Positions 26,850-41,110 of a stretch of DNA of 64,000 bases are shown here, in pieces. A program made the position numbers and the translations under genes. Below the pieces are notes generated by a model. The model saw nothing but the letters and a program-made list of their open reading frames with translations. It was not told where the DNA came from and made no database searches. Within the stretch, counting starts at the first letter, position 1; each line of letters begins with the position of its first letter. The DNA lies in the NCBI GenBank assembly GCA_965285935.1, contig OZ260661.1, forward strand, positions 20,584,001 through 20,648,000, in the 5' to 3' direction. This DNA comes from Ophelia neglecta. Lineage: Eukaryota.

Positions 26850-27575
26850 AAGGACGCGTCCGTCGGACCTATATCATGATCGCTCAGCAATGCGTCAATC
26901 GGGCCTCTGTCATGAACACCAAGGGGCAAGTCCATGGGGATGCTATCATGACTTCTAAGCCACGCGACAATCTGGCCTCTATCATGATCACCGAGGGGCG
27001 TGTACATCAGGTCTCTATCAGCATCGCTAAGCGACGCGTCAATCGTACGGGCTCATCGGGCCTCTGTCCCGAACACCAATGGACGCGTCCATCGGGCTAT
27101 TATACTGATCACAGAGGGGCGTGTCCATCACGCCTCTATCCTAATCACAGAGGGGTGCGTACATCGGGCTTCTATCATGATCACCGAGGGGCGTGTACAT
27201 CAGGTCTCTATCAGCATCGCTAAGCGACGCGTCAATCGTACGGGTTCATCTGGCCTATGTCCCGAACACCAATGGACGCGTCCATCGGGCTATTATACTG
27301 ATTACAGAGGGGCGTGTCCATCACGCCTCTATCCTAATCACAGAGGGGTGCGTACATCGGGCTTCTATCATGATCACCGAGGGGCGTGTACATCAGGTCT
27401 CTATCAGCATCGCTAAGCGACGCGTCAATCGTACGGGTTCATCGGGCCTCTGTCCCGAACACCAATGGACGCGTTGATCTGGCTATTATACTGATCACAG
27501 AGGGGCGTGTCCATCACGCCTCTATCCTAATCACAGAGGGGTGCGTACATCGGGCTTCTATCATGATCGCTGAGG
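26850..27575. repeat. 36-bp family array containing a 193-bp higher-order unit repeated about 3 times
   Basis: The segment beginning gtgtacatcaggtctct recurs at 27000, 27193 and 27386. Confidence 0.88.
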
Positions 27576-28819
27576 GCTGCATCACAGGACAGACTGCTTG
27601 TTTTTTGGACTTAGCTGAAATAATATACTATCCGAGCAACCATAAAAGGTGAACACCACATCTGAAAGCCACATCTCAAATGGTAATTGTTTAATACATC
27701 GGACAATATACGGTTAACGGAGGAATGAGGCTGGAAGGATCGACACAGCCTAAATCGCCCCCGACACACCCGACCCACCCGACCAACCCGCCACACTCTT
27801 GGACAAGCTGGGTATGAATGAATTATGATTTCTTATTGCAATATGTTTTATAGAATTTGTAATCAGAACTTCGTTGTTGCATAGAGGAATGGGGCTGGAA
27901 AGATCGACACAGGCTAAACTGAACAAATGAATTTCGAATTCCAACATGAGTATGTTATTGGTAATCAGAACTTCGTTTTAAATACTTCACTTAACTTTAT
28001 ATCTTCGAAAATAAAATGTCAGTTTCTAACATTTGACTATGTGTTAATCTTTAACTTTCCTTACATTGTATAAAAAATTCGGCGGAGATGCCGTGGAAAG
28101 TACCACTAGGTTCCCACGACCCGAGCGTGCATCGAAATTGCTTCGGCCATAATTATATTAAAGGCTCTTGCTATTTGACATTCAACATTCAGATCCGTTT
28201 TTGATACCATCAAGATGGGTGTGCATGTATCCAATCAATCAAATGTGCAGTGTTGAATCGATCAAGCGTTTGATCGTCAGCAAATGATATTAAAAGAAAA
28301 GCAACTGGCTTTGACAGAACTCTATATTTTAGTTAGTACAATATTCCAGGTATATCCCGACAAACAGATCGATAATATGAATGGAAATGACCTTCATCTA
28401 GATATGCTCCAATGCGAAATTATAAAAGTTTGAAATTGCACTCTACACTAGGAGTGAATTATAAATCTATAAATTAAAGGAAATAATCCAGTTTAAATTT
28501 ACTAATCACGTGAAGTGACTGATTACTGGCATGCTATATTTAACATACAATTCATAGTCGTGTGAGGTAAAGTTCAGGCCATCCCGACAACACAACTTGC
28601 GCTACATCAATTCACTGAAATATAAAGCCCCTACGAACCTAGTAGCTCGTCAGCATTCTTTTTTAGGCTCCTTTCTGACGCCTTATTTAACAAGTTTAAG
28701 CAATGACGAATTGCATCCGCCTCTAGTGAGCGTCCAGCTGCCAAAGATGGGCTTTTGTTGGCAATATAAGTAGCTGTAGTTTAACTTGTGCCAACTGAGA
28801 TATTCAAGACAAATAATGG

Positions 28820-31380
28820 TGACCATATAAAACCTTCATTCCCTAACTCACTAGCAAATATTAACCATAAGAAACAGCATTCGTATGAAAAAGATAATTT
28901 CTATTCAAAGTTAAAAGATAAAATATAAAACAAATGTGCAAACTTTTATTGTCTGTTGAAATGTTGAACTGTTTTAAATATCGCTCGTCAAAAATGGTGC
29001 AAGTATTAAGCAAATGACACCTACCACTGATTTGCCTTCAATAATGAGTACAGCTAGGTTCTTGACTACGTCCTCTCTAAACTGAAGTTGTCCAGCAGTG
29101 TGCCTTCTAGGTCTGAAGAGGGTTACTATGTAGCTGCAATATCACATGAAATTCAATGAAAGATAAATTTGATTAAAGTAATGATAGCCTAAATCAAATG
29201 TCATGAAGCAGACAGAACCAGGCACCAACCGATTTGAATCAAGATGAATTACCGATGCCTGGTATTACTGGCAGTGATGCTAACATGATTATTAGGGGCA
29301 AACACATGTCGTTGTCACATCGGCCGCGATTGGATCAACGCAGTCAGACTGACGGTTCAAATGTTGGCTTCCAATTGAGGATGGGCATTGAAAGGATATC
29401 TGCCTAAACCGGTCTGTTCATATGATGAAACTATCAAAATAAATACATATATTAATATTAATATATGAATCGGGTTTGGAGAGCGTTTACATTGTATGAA
29501 AGGATACACAGCTGGCTATAGTTTGGTCTCCCGGTAAGGTTAGGGTTTATATTCCTGAATGCCACCGTAATACAAAAGCAAAAGTTTTTAACCATGTCTC
29601 TCGAAAAGATATATAACTAAATGAAAGATATAAAAGGAGCACGAAAATTTGACTATATTCCTTTGATATAATGAGCCCTCCAGGTCTCTATCCGCATCGC
29701 CCAGGGACGCGTCAATTCAGGTCTCTATACTGATCACCAAGGGGCGCGTCCATCAGGTCTCTATCAGCATCGCTAAGCGACGCGTCAATGGGGCCTTTAT
29801 CATGATCGCTAAGCGACGCGTCCATCAAGCCTCTATACTGATCACCGAGGGACACGTCCATGGAGCCTCTATCATGATCGCTAAGCGACGCGTCAATTGG
29901 GCCTCTTTCATGGTCATCGAAAGGCGTGTCCATCATGTCTCTATCAGCATCGCTAAGCGACGGGTCAAATAGGGCCTCTCTCCTGATAACCGAGGGGATC
30001 GTCCATGGGGCCTCTATCCTGATCACTAAGTGAAGCGTCAATCGGGCCTCTATCATTATCACCGAGGGGCGTATCCATCAGGTCTCTAGCAGCATCGCTA
30101 TGCGACGCGTCAATCGTGCGGGTCTTGGACAGGCTGGGGATGAATGAATTATGAACTCTAAGTCCAACATGTCTATATACTTGGGTATCAGAACTTCGGT
30201 TTAAATACTTCATTCAACTTTATATCTTCGAAACTTAAAATGTCAGTTTCTACTTTTGATTATTTGTGTCTCGGAATGTACCACTAGGTTCCCACAACTC
30301 GAGTGTACAACGAATATGCTTCGGCCATAATAATATAAATGGCTCTTGCTCTTTGACATTAAACATTCAGATCCGTTTTTGATACCTTCACGAATGTTGT
30401 GCATGTATCCAATCAATCATATGTGCAGTGTTGAATCGTCAGTAAATGATATTAAATGAAAAGCAACTGGCTTTGGCAGTACTCTATATTTTAGTTGGTA
30501 CAATATTCCAGGTATATCCCGACAAACAGATCGATAATATGAATGGACATGACCTTCATCTAGATATGCTCCAATGCGAAATTATAAAAGATTGAAATCG
30601 CACTCTACACTAGGAGTGTATAAATCAATAAATTAATGGGAATAATCCAGTTTAAATTTGCTGATCACGTTTAGTGACAACTGTCATGGCGGGTAATTTT
30701 TGGCTGGTGTATTTAGTAAACAAGGCTTAACGTAATGCAGTGGAAATGATTGCGGGCATGCCATATTAAACATACCTTCATACACATGTGAAGTAAAGTT
30801 CAGGCCATCTCGACAAGACAACTTGCGCTACATCAATTCAGTGAAATATAAAGCCCCTACGAACCTAGTAGCTCGTCAGCATTATTTTTCAGACTTCTTT
30901 CTGACGCCTTATTTAACATGTTTAAGCAATGACGAATTGCATCCGGTTTCAAACAGCGTCCTGCTGCAAAAGATGAGCTTTTGTTGACAATATAAGTAAT
31001 TGTAGTTAAACCTGTACCAACTGAGAGATTATGCACAATGTAAAACCCGGCATTCCTTATTCAAACAGTAGGGGCAGCTTGTCTACCATGACATTGTAAT
31101 TCAAACATGGAGAACAGAACTCATTCGACCCATCCTATGTAACAGGGATATGTATGCCTGATCATGGGCACTGGACCATGGTCACAGCACCGCTATTAGA
31201 TTGGCCAGAGGGATCCGCCCCTTAAATATACTTTGCATACCTTTATCCCAGTTCTCGAAATTAATCGATAGACCTGACAGCTGAGAAAAATAATCTATAG
31301 TTGGGGATGTGAATTTAAGAGAGTCTACAGAGCCTTCTTGATATACGCTAGTGTTGTCTGCATATTGAGAGAGCTTTCTG
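28820..31380. repeat. Additional, more diverged orphan copy of the FReD upstream block
   Basis: Matches about 2720-3520 then about 4770-6170. Includes a short 36-bp array at 29680-30125. No coding exon. Confidence 0.85.
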
Positions 31381-31500
31381 TATTTGGTTAAAGAGCGCAA
31401 CACCGTTGAGATCACTATTCTCTCGAATATTTGTGGATAGTATTTTGGCACAAAGAATAAATATATCTGCTGATAGAGGGCAGCCCTGACGGTTCTTTAT
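31240..31500 (-). mobile_element. L1/Tx1-clade reverse transcriptase remnant; more decayed paralogs at about 6050-6190, 13550-13680 and 41270-41390
   Basis: RQGCPLSADIFILCAKILSTNIREN and KLSQYADNTSVYQEGSVDSL...FSQLSGLSINFE. Confidence 0.75.
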
Positions 31501-31788
31501 TTCCTCATAGTAGTGACACAGAAACAGGAGACCAGCTCTAGCCAACTTTACCATTCTTTGAATATACGATCTGACTTCTTGAGGAGCCGACTGCGATATT
31601 ACCGACTCCCATCTTCTTCAACAGTTGTACAGAATAAAAAATCCGTCCTAATGAAATATACGATCCGTTTCCACACAGTACTTATTTATAAGTGGCCCCT
31701 TTTCTATTGAGCAGTCCCAGAACTTCAATCATCTATCCAGATTGTCCGCAATGCTCCACCCACATTCATCATCCAAAACAATGAGTCT

Positions 31789-33649
31789 AAATTGTAATTT
31801 ACTCAACTCAATGGCGCCATTTGGAGCATGGAGTACATAAATCCATATAACATAATTCAAATACAAATGAGTTCTACAAATCCAGGTTTCACAATAAGTA
31901 AATCAAAGTTTTGATAGTATCTACTATTCATAAGTAGAAGTCATAATTTATAAATACTGGGATTCTTACAAATAATGGGGATGTATATCTTTCGTAAATT
32001 CTTAATATTGGTTTCATTACAAATAAATAATCCATGAAACTCACTGATCAGTATTACATGAATTGCATACTCTTTGGTTTCTAGGCTTTATAAAACTATT
32101 ATGCCTTTCCAGTTCATTTGGTAAAATATGATCGCTTGTTCTAAATTTACAGAGGTATAGCTATAGATTAGCAGGTACAGTCGATAAATATTGTTCAAAT
32201 TTAAATTCAGACTTAAATGCCCTTAATCAACCGGGAGAGTTAATTCCAGATAACCATTTTTGCTGGATTTGATCCGAGAGCCATTTTGGGTTGAAATTAT
32301 TATCCAAACTATAAAAATCTGTATTACCAGTTTCATCAAGTATATTTTTATATAACTTAACCAGTGGCTTTGGTACCGACCTTCCAAACTTAATTTGAAA
32401 ACAACAATCCTAGATTTAAGTAGAATCTTGAGCGGGTTTCTCCCCAGTTCGCCATTGACCATACTTTTACAAGAAGACCTTCGGATCATTTTAAAACCAC
32501 TTTCGACAGTTAACCTCAAGGTCTCTCAAGCTTTTTTGTAGCCTACCAGTCGTGACTGTTATTACAATTGTGTCGTCTGCATACAGTAAAACAAGTATTT
32601 TGATAATTCCCTTTGGGTCAACATTTACACCATCAATTTCTGCGTTAGTAAGATAATTTTCAAGGTAATTAATATACATAGAAACAAGAAATGAGGACAG
32701 ATTTCTCCCTGTCGGAAGCCTACTAAACAAACAATGTAATCTGATTTAACACCATTCGCCAAAATACACGATTTAACATTTGTACTTTGAATAACTTATA
32801 CTACTTTGGTATTAACACACACTCCATGGCTGCCCAATTTAAACCAAAAGTCAATCTCTCCACACAATATCAAATGCCTTTTGATAACCAATAAAGGTAC
32901 AGTATAGCTTTTTCGGAGATGATTTTTTTTTCCAGAATGCAGTGCAGTAAAAAGCAGTGAGCTTATGTACTATAGCCTTTCCTAAACCCAGTTTGGTTTT
33001 CATTAAACAGGATATTTTCTTTCACAAACTAGCAAGCCTTCTATTTAGAATAGAAGTAAATAACTTTTCTATACACTATAGTAGTGTGATTCCCCTGTAG
33101 TTAATGGCATTTGTTTTAAAACTGTGTTCTTGTAGATATAAACGATCTACCTTGTTGTCCAACACTCTGGTTAAACAGCGGTATTTAAAACCTGATTAAA
33201 CACTCTCCCCAGTTGATCAATGGAACTCTTGATACACGTATTCAATACAAAATCAAGCCCACTTGCCTTTGCATTAAGGAGCTGACGGACACATTTAGAG
33301 AGTTCCTTTATAGTGAATGCTATATTAAGGATCTCATAACTATAATTCTGGTGATTATGCATGACATTTGGTAGCAGGTGATAATGGTCAGCATTATGTG
33401 TATTGGTATCAATGTTTCCTGTTATTTATTAGATGCCAGTACTGTTTGGTATATGAGCATCGTAGATTCTTCCATTTTGATCTCAACTCGTGATGGTGTT
33501 TTAGCTGAACCTTTGCTCTTGCCCTTTTTACCATTTTACTTGACGCTAGGTTTGTAGGTTGTTGTCCAGTGGATTGAGAGGTGCTGTATTGATATGTAGT
33601 TTCATCAAACCTCAGTGGCTGGAGAATAGTATGTGACGTCATGCGGTAA
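31789..33649 (-). mobile_element. Decayed LINE ORF2 (RTE-X/CR1-like) with candidate TSD GAGTCT
   Basis: KASGLDFVLN, NYRGITLL, NLSSFLVSMYIN, LLYADDT, MVNGELGRNPL, LCKFRTSDH. GAGTCT at 31783-31788 and 33650-33655. The flanks rejoin to match the uninterrupted paralog at about 20980. Confidence 0.82.
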
Positions 33650-34796
33650 GAGTCTGCCAGTTTAGCCACCCTGGGTATTAATATATATAGCATTCCTTTT
33701 CATATGTCTCTGAATAAATGGCTCCAAGAGTTGCCTTTGCTGCTCATATATCCACCGAAAGTCTGCTTACTACTTACAAACAGAGAGGCAATGAGCAGAA
33801 GAACTACCATATGAGCCTATAAATTAAACCATAACAAGAATATTTCATACAAAAGGTCAATATTGGTTTTAATTTTAATCCCAAAGGAATTGAAGCGCCA
33901 ACGTGTTTGACGCAAACAAACTTTCCAAGACAGGTGTGGAGCAATTGTCGTTTTGCGAACATAAACATTATAGAATGGCTACATCTCCACGTACCATGTC
34001 TTACTCCGATTATTCTCCACTGAGGGAACTCGTCGGGCTACATTTGAAGCCTGACCAAATAAGCCAGACAACTCCGCCAGACACTGGCTATTAACTTCTG
34101 TCCTTCTCCCCTAGCAGTTTTGAAGTTTAAGGGCATAAGCATCTTGGTGGTTGTTAAGTTTGAGCATTAGATGGAATAGCTAGGACACCGTCAAAAAAAG
34201 GCTTCAATATATCTAATTTATATTAAATAACATTTTTTTTGAAAAAACCAGTTGGTTTGTAACCAAGAGTGTTTGAAAGCCTAATCCAATAATGCATTGC
34301 CACTCTATGGATCCTTCACTAACGGAACTGGAATCATGAAAAGCTAATTCATGGTAGGACATTGTCATGAATAGTTCTATTCTTGGTGGCTCATGGTTGT
34401 TATTACTGATGTGTAGTTCAAACATAAGTATCCGAAATGACAGGGTCCATACTAAAACATGCCCTGTTCGTTTTAATGGTCAGGTTATACTTTAAATACT
34501 TTATAAAGTTTGGAATACTACTTCTGATATGAATTCATTCTGTTTTGCAAGCCATTAGCCACTACTACTGTTAATGAGAACGATTGAAACGTTGATATCA
34601 TATTCCACATAATAAGTAGCCGGTTCGACAGAATAAATGAACGATGTATAGAATGCCGATAACCTGTAGTGACAGATGGTTAACCAGGTAAATGTATGCA
34701 CCCATTCAGGCTTTATAGTTAACACCAAGAAACTCATTACCATACCGCAGAGATACCTATAAAGTAACAAGGGAAATAATAGTTTTAGGAAAGTGG

Positions 34797-34850
34797 GTTT
34801 GGTTGGTTGTTTGGGGTTTAACGTGGCTTTCAACACTTATATATGTTATT
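34797..34850 (-). mobile_element. SINE 3' tail fragment, same family as 60735-61036
   Basis: Reverse complement reads ...taagtgttgaaagccacgttaaaccccaaacaaccaacc. Confidence 0.6.
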
Positions 34851-36384
34851 TACTTTCCGTCTTCGCCCATTCCAGCCATTATTGGTTGTAAGAGTACTAG
34901 TAATGGGGTTACGTCATGGTTTAATTCATAGATCAGGCTAACCAAAATTGATGACCGATTATCCAGGGAAAAAATTCGATTAGTAACGAAAATGATATTC
35001 AATTCGTCTGAAATTGCCGCCAACAGTCAGCCATACCTCCTAGGTGTGTGTGCCATGCTTTGAAAACCGAAAACGAGGCTACCGTAAACGGGCGGGCCTT
35101 ATCGATAGCATAAACATCAACAACATGGCTTCCGCGAATATCGTGCATCATATCTGCTGGCGTTTGGCGTAGGTTGTCATCGGTTCTTTCAATTGGCCAA
35201 TTGTCAGTGTGATTGAGGGTTGATTCCACAATATGGATCGAAAAGTTGCTGACATTAGGGATTATATTAACAATTGTTAATGGCACGGTCAAAATCAAGT
35301 GCAACTTTTTGTTTAACTGCTGTAGGAATTATTCTATAGTATGTGTCTGGATGTGTAGATTCAAGTGGGGCCCGGTGGACAGTTTCACCATATTCTTTAT
35401 TTCCCTCTTCAAATTTACTTTAGGCTTTTCAATATACCATCCACTTAAGATGTCACTGCTGTGAAATGCGGTCTTTATATTCAAATTAATTGAGGTATCC
35501 AGAGCGGATTAAAGTTTAGCCATCTTGTATGTTTATTATTTTTATTCTGTTGAGAGAAAGAAAGATTCGTAAAATTCTGGCAAGATGTACAGGGAATTAA
35601 CATAAATACAATTTCAAGTTATGGCTAAATTACGGATACACAATTAAACAATAGTGTATCAGAAAATGGTCAGTCCACAATCAATATAAAAAGAAATAGA
35701 TCGATTGTCATACGAATTGTCAAGGCAAGTAATGTTTTAAATAGAAAACAACGGTTATATGTGGTTTATCTGTTTAATATGTATCTTACATTGTGTCATG
35801 GTACAAATACAACACTGACATTAACCACATATTATTGTTTATTCATAGCCTATAGGATGTCTTCGAAAAAGGTAATATATTTTTACATCTTAAAACATGT
35901 CCAGTCTGGGTACACGTTGGACCCATACATAGGGATTTTACCTTACTTTTATACTCACATGGGTGGGCTGGAACAAGTTAAGACTTTTGATCATATTGTT
36001 AGATTGCATTGCCCGTCCTTTCTTTATTACATTGATGAAAATGTGATATTCGAAGCCTGGATTGACATTCGATTGTACCCAGACGGTATTATTAAAATGT
36101 GTTTCAGCTTGTGTTACTACCAGCTTACACACCCTATCGAACCTCAAGTCCCGACAACTGGTCACTATCAAATATGCATAAACACTTTGGACCTTAAAAC
36201 GCCTGATGAAAGCGTATAATATAACTGTAAATAAATGGTTTAAAAGTAAGCCGCAGAGATAAACAAATCAGGTGTGATGAGAAGTCTAACCTTGCAAATT
36301 TGTCTTCCCTGGAATATTAAATAATGTGAGACAGAATAACCGAGAGACTGGTACCGGAGACATCCATTTACCACGGACTGGCCC

Positions 36385-38830
36385 TATCGTGGACACCCAC
36401 TACATTCTAACAGAGACTTACCCTACTGGGGACACCAACTACACACTAACTGAGAGACTAACCCTACTGGGGACACCCACTACATTCTAACAGAGAGACT
36501 AACCCTACTGGGGACACCAACTACACTCTAACTGAGAGACTAACCCTACTGGGGACACCCACTACATTCTAACAAGGAGACTAACCCTACTGGGGACACC
36601 CACTACATTCTAACAGAGAGACTAACCCTACTGGCGACACCCACTACATTCTAACAGAGAGACTAACCCACCTGGGGACACCAACTACACACTAACAGAG
36701 AGACTAACCCTACTGGGGACACCCACTACATTCTAACAAGGAGACTAACCCTACTGGGGACACCCACTACATTCTAACAAGGAGACTAACCCTACTGGGG
36801 ACACCCACTACATTCTAACAGAGAGACTAACCCTACTGGGGACACCCACTACATTCTAACAGAGAGACTAACCCTACTGGGGACACCAACTACACTCTAA
36901 CTGAGAGACTAACCCTACTGGGGACACCCACTACATTCTAACAGAGAGACTAACCCTACTGGGGACACCCACTACATTCTAACAGAGAGACTAACCCTAC
37001 TGGGGACACCCACTACATTCTAACAGAGAGACTAACCCTACTGGGGACACCCACTACATTCTAACAGAGAGACTAACCCTACTGGGGACACCCACTACAC
37101 TCTAACTGAGAGACTAACCTTACTGGGGACACCCACTACATTCTAACAGAGAGACTAACCCTACTGGGGACACCCACTACATTCTAACAGAGAGACTAAC
37201 CCTACTGGGGACACCCACTACATTCTAACAGAGAGACTAACCCTACTGGGGACACCAACTACATTCTAACAAGGAGACTAACCCTACTGGGGACACCCAC
37301 TACATTCTAACAGAGAGACTAACCCTACTGGTGACACCCACTACATTCTAACAAGGAGACTAACCCTACTGGGGACACCCACTACATTCTAACAGAGAGA
37401 CTAACCCTACTGGGGACACCCACTACATTCTAACAGAGAGACTAACCCTACTGGGGACACCCACTACATTCTAACAGAGAGACTAACCCTACTGGGGACA
37501 CCCACTACATTCTAACAGAGAGACTAACCCTACTGGGGACACCCACTACATTCTAACAAGGAGACTAACCCTACTGGGGACACCCACTACATTCTAACAG
37601 AGAGACTAACCCTACTGGGGACACCAACTACACACTAACAGAGAGACTCACCCTACTGGGGACACCCACTACATTCTAACAGAGAGACTAACCCTACTGG
37701 GGACACCCACTACATTCTAACAGAGAGACTAACCCTACTGGTGACACCCACTACATTCTAACAGAGAGACTAACCCTACTGGGGACACCCACTACATTCT
37801 AACAGAGAGACTAACCCTACTGGGGACACCCACTACATTCTAACAAGGAGACTAACCCTACTGGGGACACCCACTACATTCTAACAAGGAGACTAACCCT
37901 ACTGGGGACACCCACTACATTCTAACAGAGAGACTAACCCTACTGGGGACACCAACTACACACTAACAGAGAGACTAACCCTACTGGTGACACCCACTAC
38001 ATTCTAACAAGGAGACTAACCCTACTGGGGACACCCACTACATTCTAACAGAGAGACTAACCCTACTGGGGACACCCACTACATTCTAACAAGGAGACTA
38101 ACCCTACTGGGGACACCCACTACATTCTAACAGAGAGACTAACCCTACTGGGGACACCCACTACATTCTAACAGAGAGACTAACCCTACTGGGGACACCC
38201 ACTACATTCTAACAGAGAGACTAACCCTACTGGGGACACCCACTACATTCTAACAAGGAGACTAACCCTACTGGGGACACCCACTACATTCTAACAGAGA
38301 GACTAACCCTACTGGGGACACCCACTACATTCTAACAGAGAGACTAACCCTACTGGGGACACCCACTACATTCTAACAAGGAGACTAACCCTACTGGGGA
38401 CACCCACTACATTCTAACAGAGAGACTAACCCTACTGGGGACACCCACTACATTCTAACAAGGAGACTAACCCTACTGGGGACACCCACTACATTCTAAC
38501 AAGGAGACTAACCCTACTGGGGACACCAACTACATTCTAACAGAGAGACTAACCCTACTGGGGACACCCACTACATTCTAACAAGGAGACTAACCCTACT
38601 GGGGACACCCACTACATTCTAACAAGGAGACTAACCCTACTGGGGACACCAACTACACTCTAAAAGAGAGACTGGCCCAACCATGGACACCTAAAACACG
38701 CTTACAGAGAGACTTGTCCAACCATGGACACCTCAAACACTCTTACAGAGATACTTGTCCAACCATGGACGCCTGAAACACTCTTACAGAGAAACTTGTC
38801 CAACCATGGACACCTAAAACACTCTTACAG
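36385..38830. repeat. 41-bp minisatellite, inverted and expanded copy (about 55 core units)
   Basis: Unit CATTCTAACA(GA/AG)GAGACTAACCCTACTGGGGACACCCACTA. Confidence 0.97.
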
Positions 38831-38884
38831 AGATACTTGCTCTACCGGAGACATCCATTTACGAGAGACTGTCCTTCACCGGGT

Positions 38885-39545
38885 CGGGGACTGCCGAAAT
38901 TCCGACCGACCATTGGTCCGACGAGCCATTGGTCTTAAGGCCTATTGGTCCGACGGCCCATTGGTCCGAAGAGCCATTGGGCCGAATTTCCGACGGCCCA
39001 TTGGTCCGACGGCCTATTGGTCCGACGGCCCATTGGTCCTACGAGCCATTGGTCCGACGGCCCAGTGGTCCGACGACCCATTGGTCCGACGGCCCATTAG
39101 TCCGACGACCCATTGGTCCGACGGCCCATTGGTCCGACGACCCATTAGTCCGACGGCCTATTGGTCCGACGACCCATTGGACCGACGGCCTATTGGTCCG
39201 ACGACCCATTGGACCGACGGCCTATTGGCCCCGTCTTATTGGTGATGTTTAGTCTCGGCAGTTCGGACCTGTGAGGTACAGTTGCAGGAAATATAGTTTC
39301 TCGATACTTAACTAAATTCTATTTACAAAACATGACACACAGTTTCTCCAATTAATCCGAAAATGTACATTTTTTTTTGACTAAACATCACCCAGGTGGT
39401 AAGACAATTAACAATAAAAAAGACGTGAAATAGGACGAATAGGCCGTCGGACCAATGGGTCGTCGGACTAACGGGCCGTCGGACTAATGGGTCGTCGGAC
39501 TAATGGGTCGTCGGACCAATGGGCCTTGGGACCAATGGATCCTAC
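38885..39545. mobile_element. Foldback/MITE-like 16-bp array element, inverted duplicate of 8125-8735
   Basis: Same arms and spacer in reverse complement, with slightly different unit number. Confidence 0.65.
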
Positions 39546-39865
39546 TGCTTATGCTGTGGAGTTGCAGTCTCAAATGGAAGATGGTAGGAGGCAAATTTCA
39601 ACTATTGAACGAGAAATAGGGCAGAATTGCATAGCATTAGAGAGATCAATGCAGATAAATGTCAGAAGTATTACAGCCACTACAAGATAGAACCACATCC
39701 AGTAACAACCATGCCAGAGGTATCTTCGTCTTCGTATTTATCGCCCCTTTTGACATGGCAGTCGCCTTCACTTGGTGTAGACAATTCAGGGCATAATCAG
39801 CTTTCATTTCCAACTATGGCTCATTCCACCTTACCAAGTCAGGCAAATGGGTATACACAGTCGCC

Positions 39866-41110
39866 GCCGAAGCGCTGTGAAAATAGACGGAAAATTATCC
39901 AAATGGTTACTGTCCAACAAGTCCTTCACCAAGGAGGGAAGCTGTCACTGATGCTTTTTGTATTCTTCTACAATGAACTGTTTGAGAGGCTGACAACCTG
40001 TGCAGGAAACAGAATATTCCCAGAAAGTCCCTGCTTATTACATGGCATTGATGTCACAAGCCCTGGGTATGCGGACGACATTCCCTTAATGTCGGTAACC
40101 ATACAACCAAATGCAGAAACTTTGCAATATTGCTCTGGAATTCAGCCGGAAGTGGTGACTGGATATCAATGCATCTAAATGTGACATATTGAGATTCGGT
40201 AATGCCAACGAAGAAAGGAGCACTAAGATAATGATCGCGAAAGAATTAATCACTGAGACATCATCTGCAACGCACCTCGGCGTCACTTTGACTTCGACCT
40301 CACAGCACATGACGGTGGCCATTAAGGATCGGGCAACTAAAGCAAGGAGACTAGTGAACGCCCTGGGCGTTGGTATATCGTTTGGTAAAATCAACACCAA
40401 GACACTCGGTCAGCTCTACTGGACAGTCGTAGTACCGGGATTCTTATATGGACTTGAACTCCTGAATCTGAATAGGCAGCAGATGGAGATAGCAGAGTCG
40501 GTACATCAGGAAATAGCCAGTAGATTCCAAGGACTTGGGACTCAGACCCCCAACCCTGCAACGTTAGTCACCAACGGCTGGGGATCAATCAGGCAGTATC
40601 TAGACCATAAATGCTTCAACTTATGAGGAACATTCTTGAGCTTCCGAGTACAAATATCTACAAGAGAATGATCAAAGGCGTTACCTCTATAACTGAAGTC
40701 TCTGGAGAGTATAGCGGCGATAGTCCAGTAGGGGTCCTGCTGGATACCTTCAAAAAATACAACCTGTAGCGCACACTCTTCTCATGGGTTCAAAGCGGAG
40801 AAGTCCCGCCAAAACTGCAATGGAGAAAACACTCACGGTAAGTTACATGGAAGTAAAAGGAGCAGAAATGGGCCATCGAATGTACGACTCAGTTTCTGGT
40901 AAGGGAAATGGCAGTGATTTTCCGAGAATTAGTTGATTCAGATACAAAACGTCCCTGTGCTAGAATTTTGAATAGCGCTTCATACTCGCCATATGTAAGA
41001 CATAGTATTCCGCAATGTATTAATACCAAATACAGTAAAAGGAATCCTGGACAGCAGTAAATATACGCCCTCTCGAACCCTGGTGCGACAATAACATGTT
41101 TATACTCGAT
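39866..41110 (+). mobile_element. 5'-truncated LINE fragment, inverted duplicate of 6330-7797 with a further internal deletion
   Basis: QGGKLSLMLF, YADDI, YWTVVVPGFLYGLELL. Deletion junction at about 40889. Confidence 0.85.

Larger units (their letters stand above)
18267..28800. repeat. Segmental duplication arm carrying FReD copy 2, inverted relative to about 41700-54465
   Basis: Reverse-complement matches include 19055-19671 vs 52815-53431, 20594-20812 vs 50780-51040, 23400-23480 vs 48360-48470, and the gene with its upstream block. Confidence 0.9.
31560..36210. repeat. Old diverged direct copy of the FReD 3'-flank block (about 20770-23200), interrupted by insertions
   Basis: Patchwise matches: 31580 vs 20772, 33665 vs 20993, 34300 vs 22090, 36000-36210 vs 22985-23195. 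Confidence 0.75.

Noticed and set aside
36385-38830. CRISPR array or true interstitial telomere
   Set aside because: Contiguous 41-bp units with no spacers, and only 1.5 TTAGGG periods per unit.
38724-39252. ORFs with PLVRRPIGPTAHWSD repeats (also 8406-8823)
   Set aside because: Translation artefacts of the 16-bp DNA repeat.
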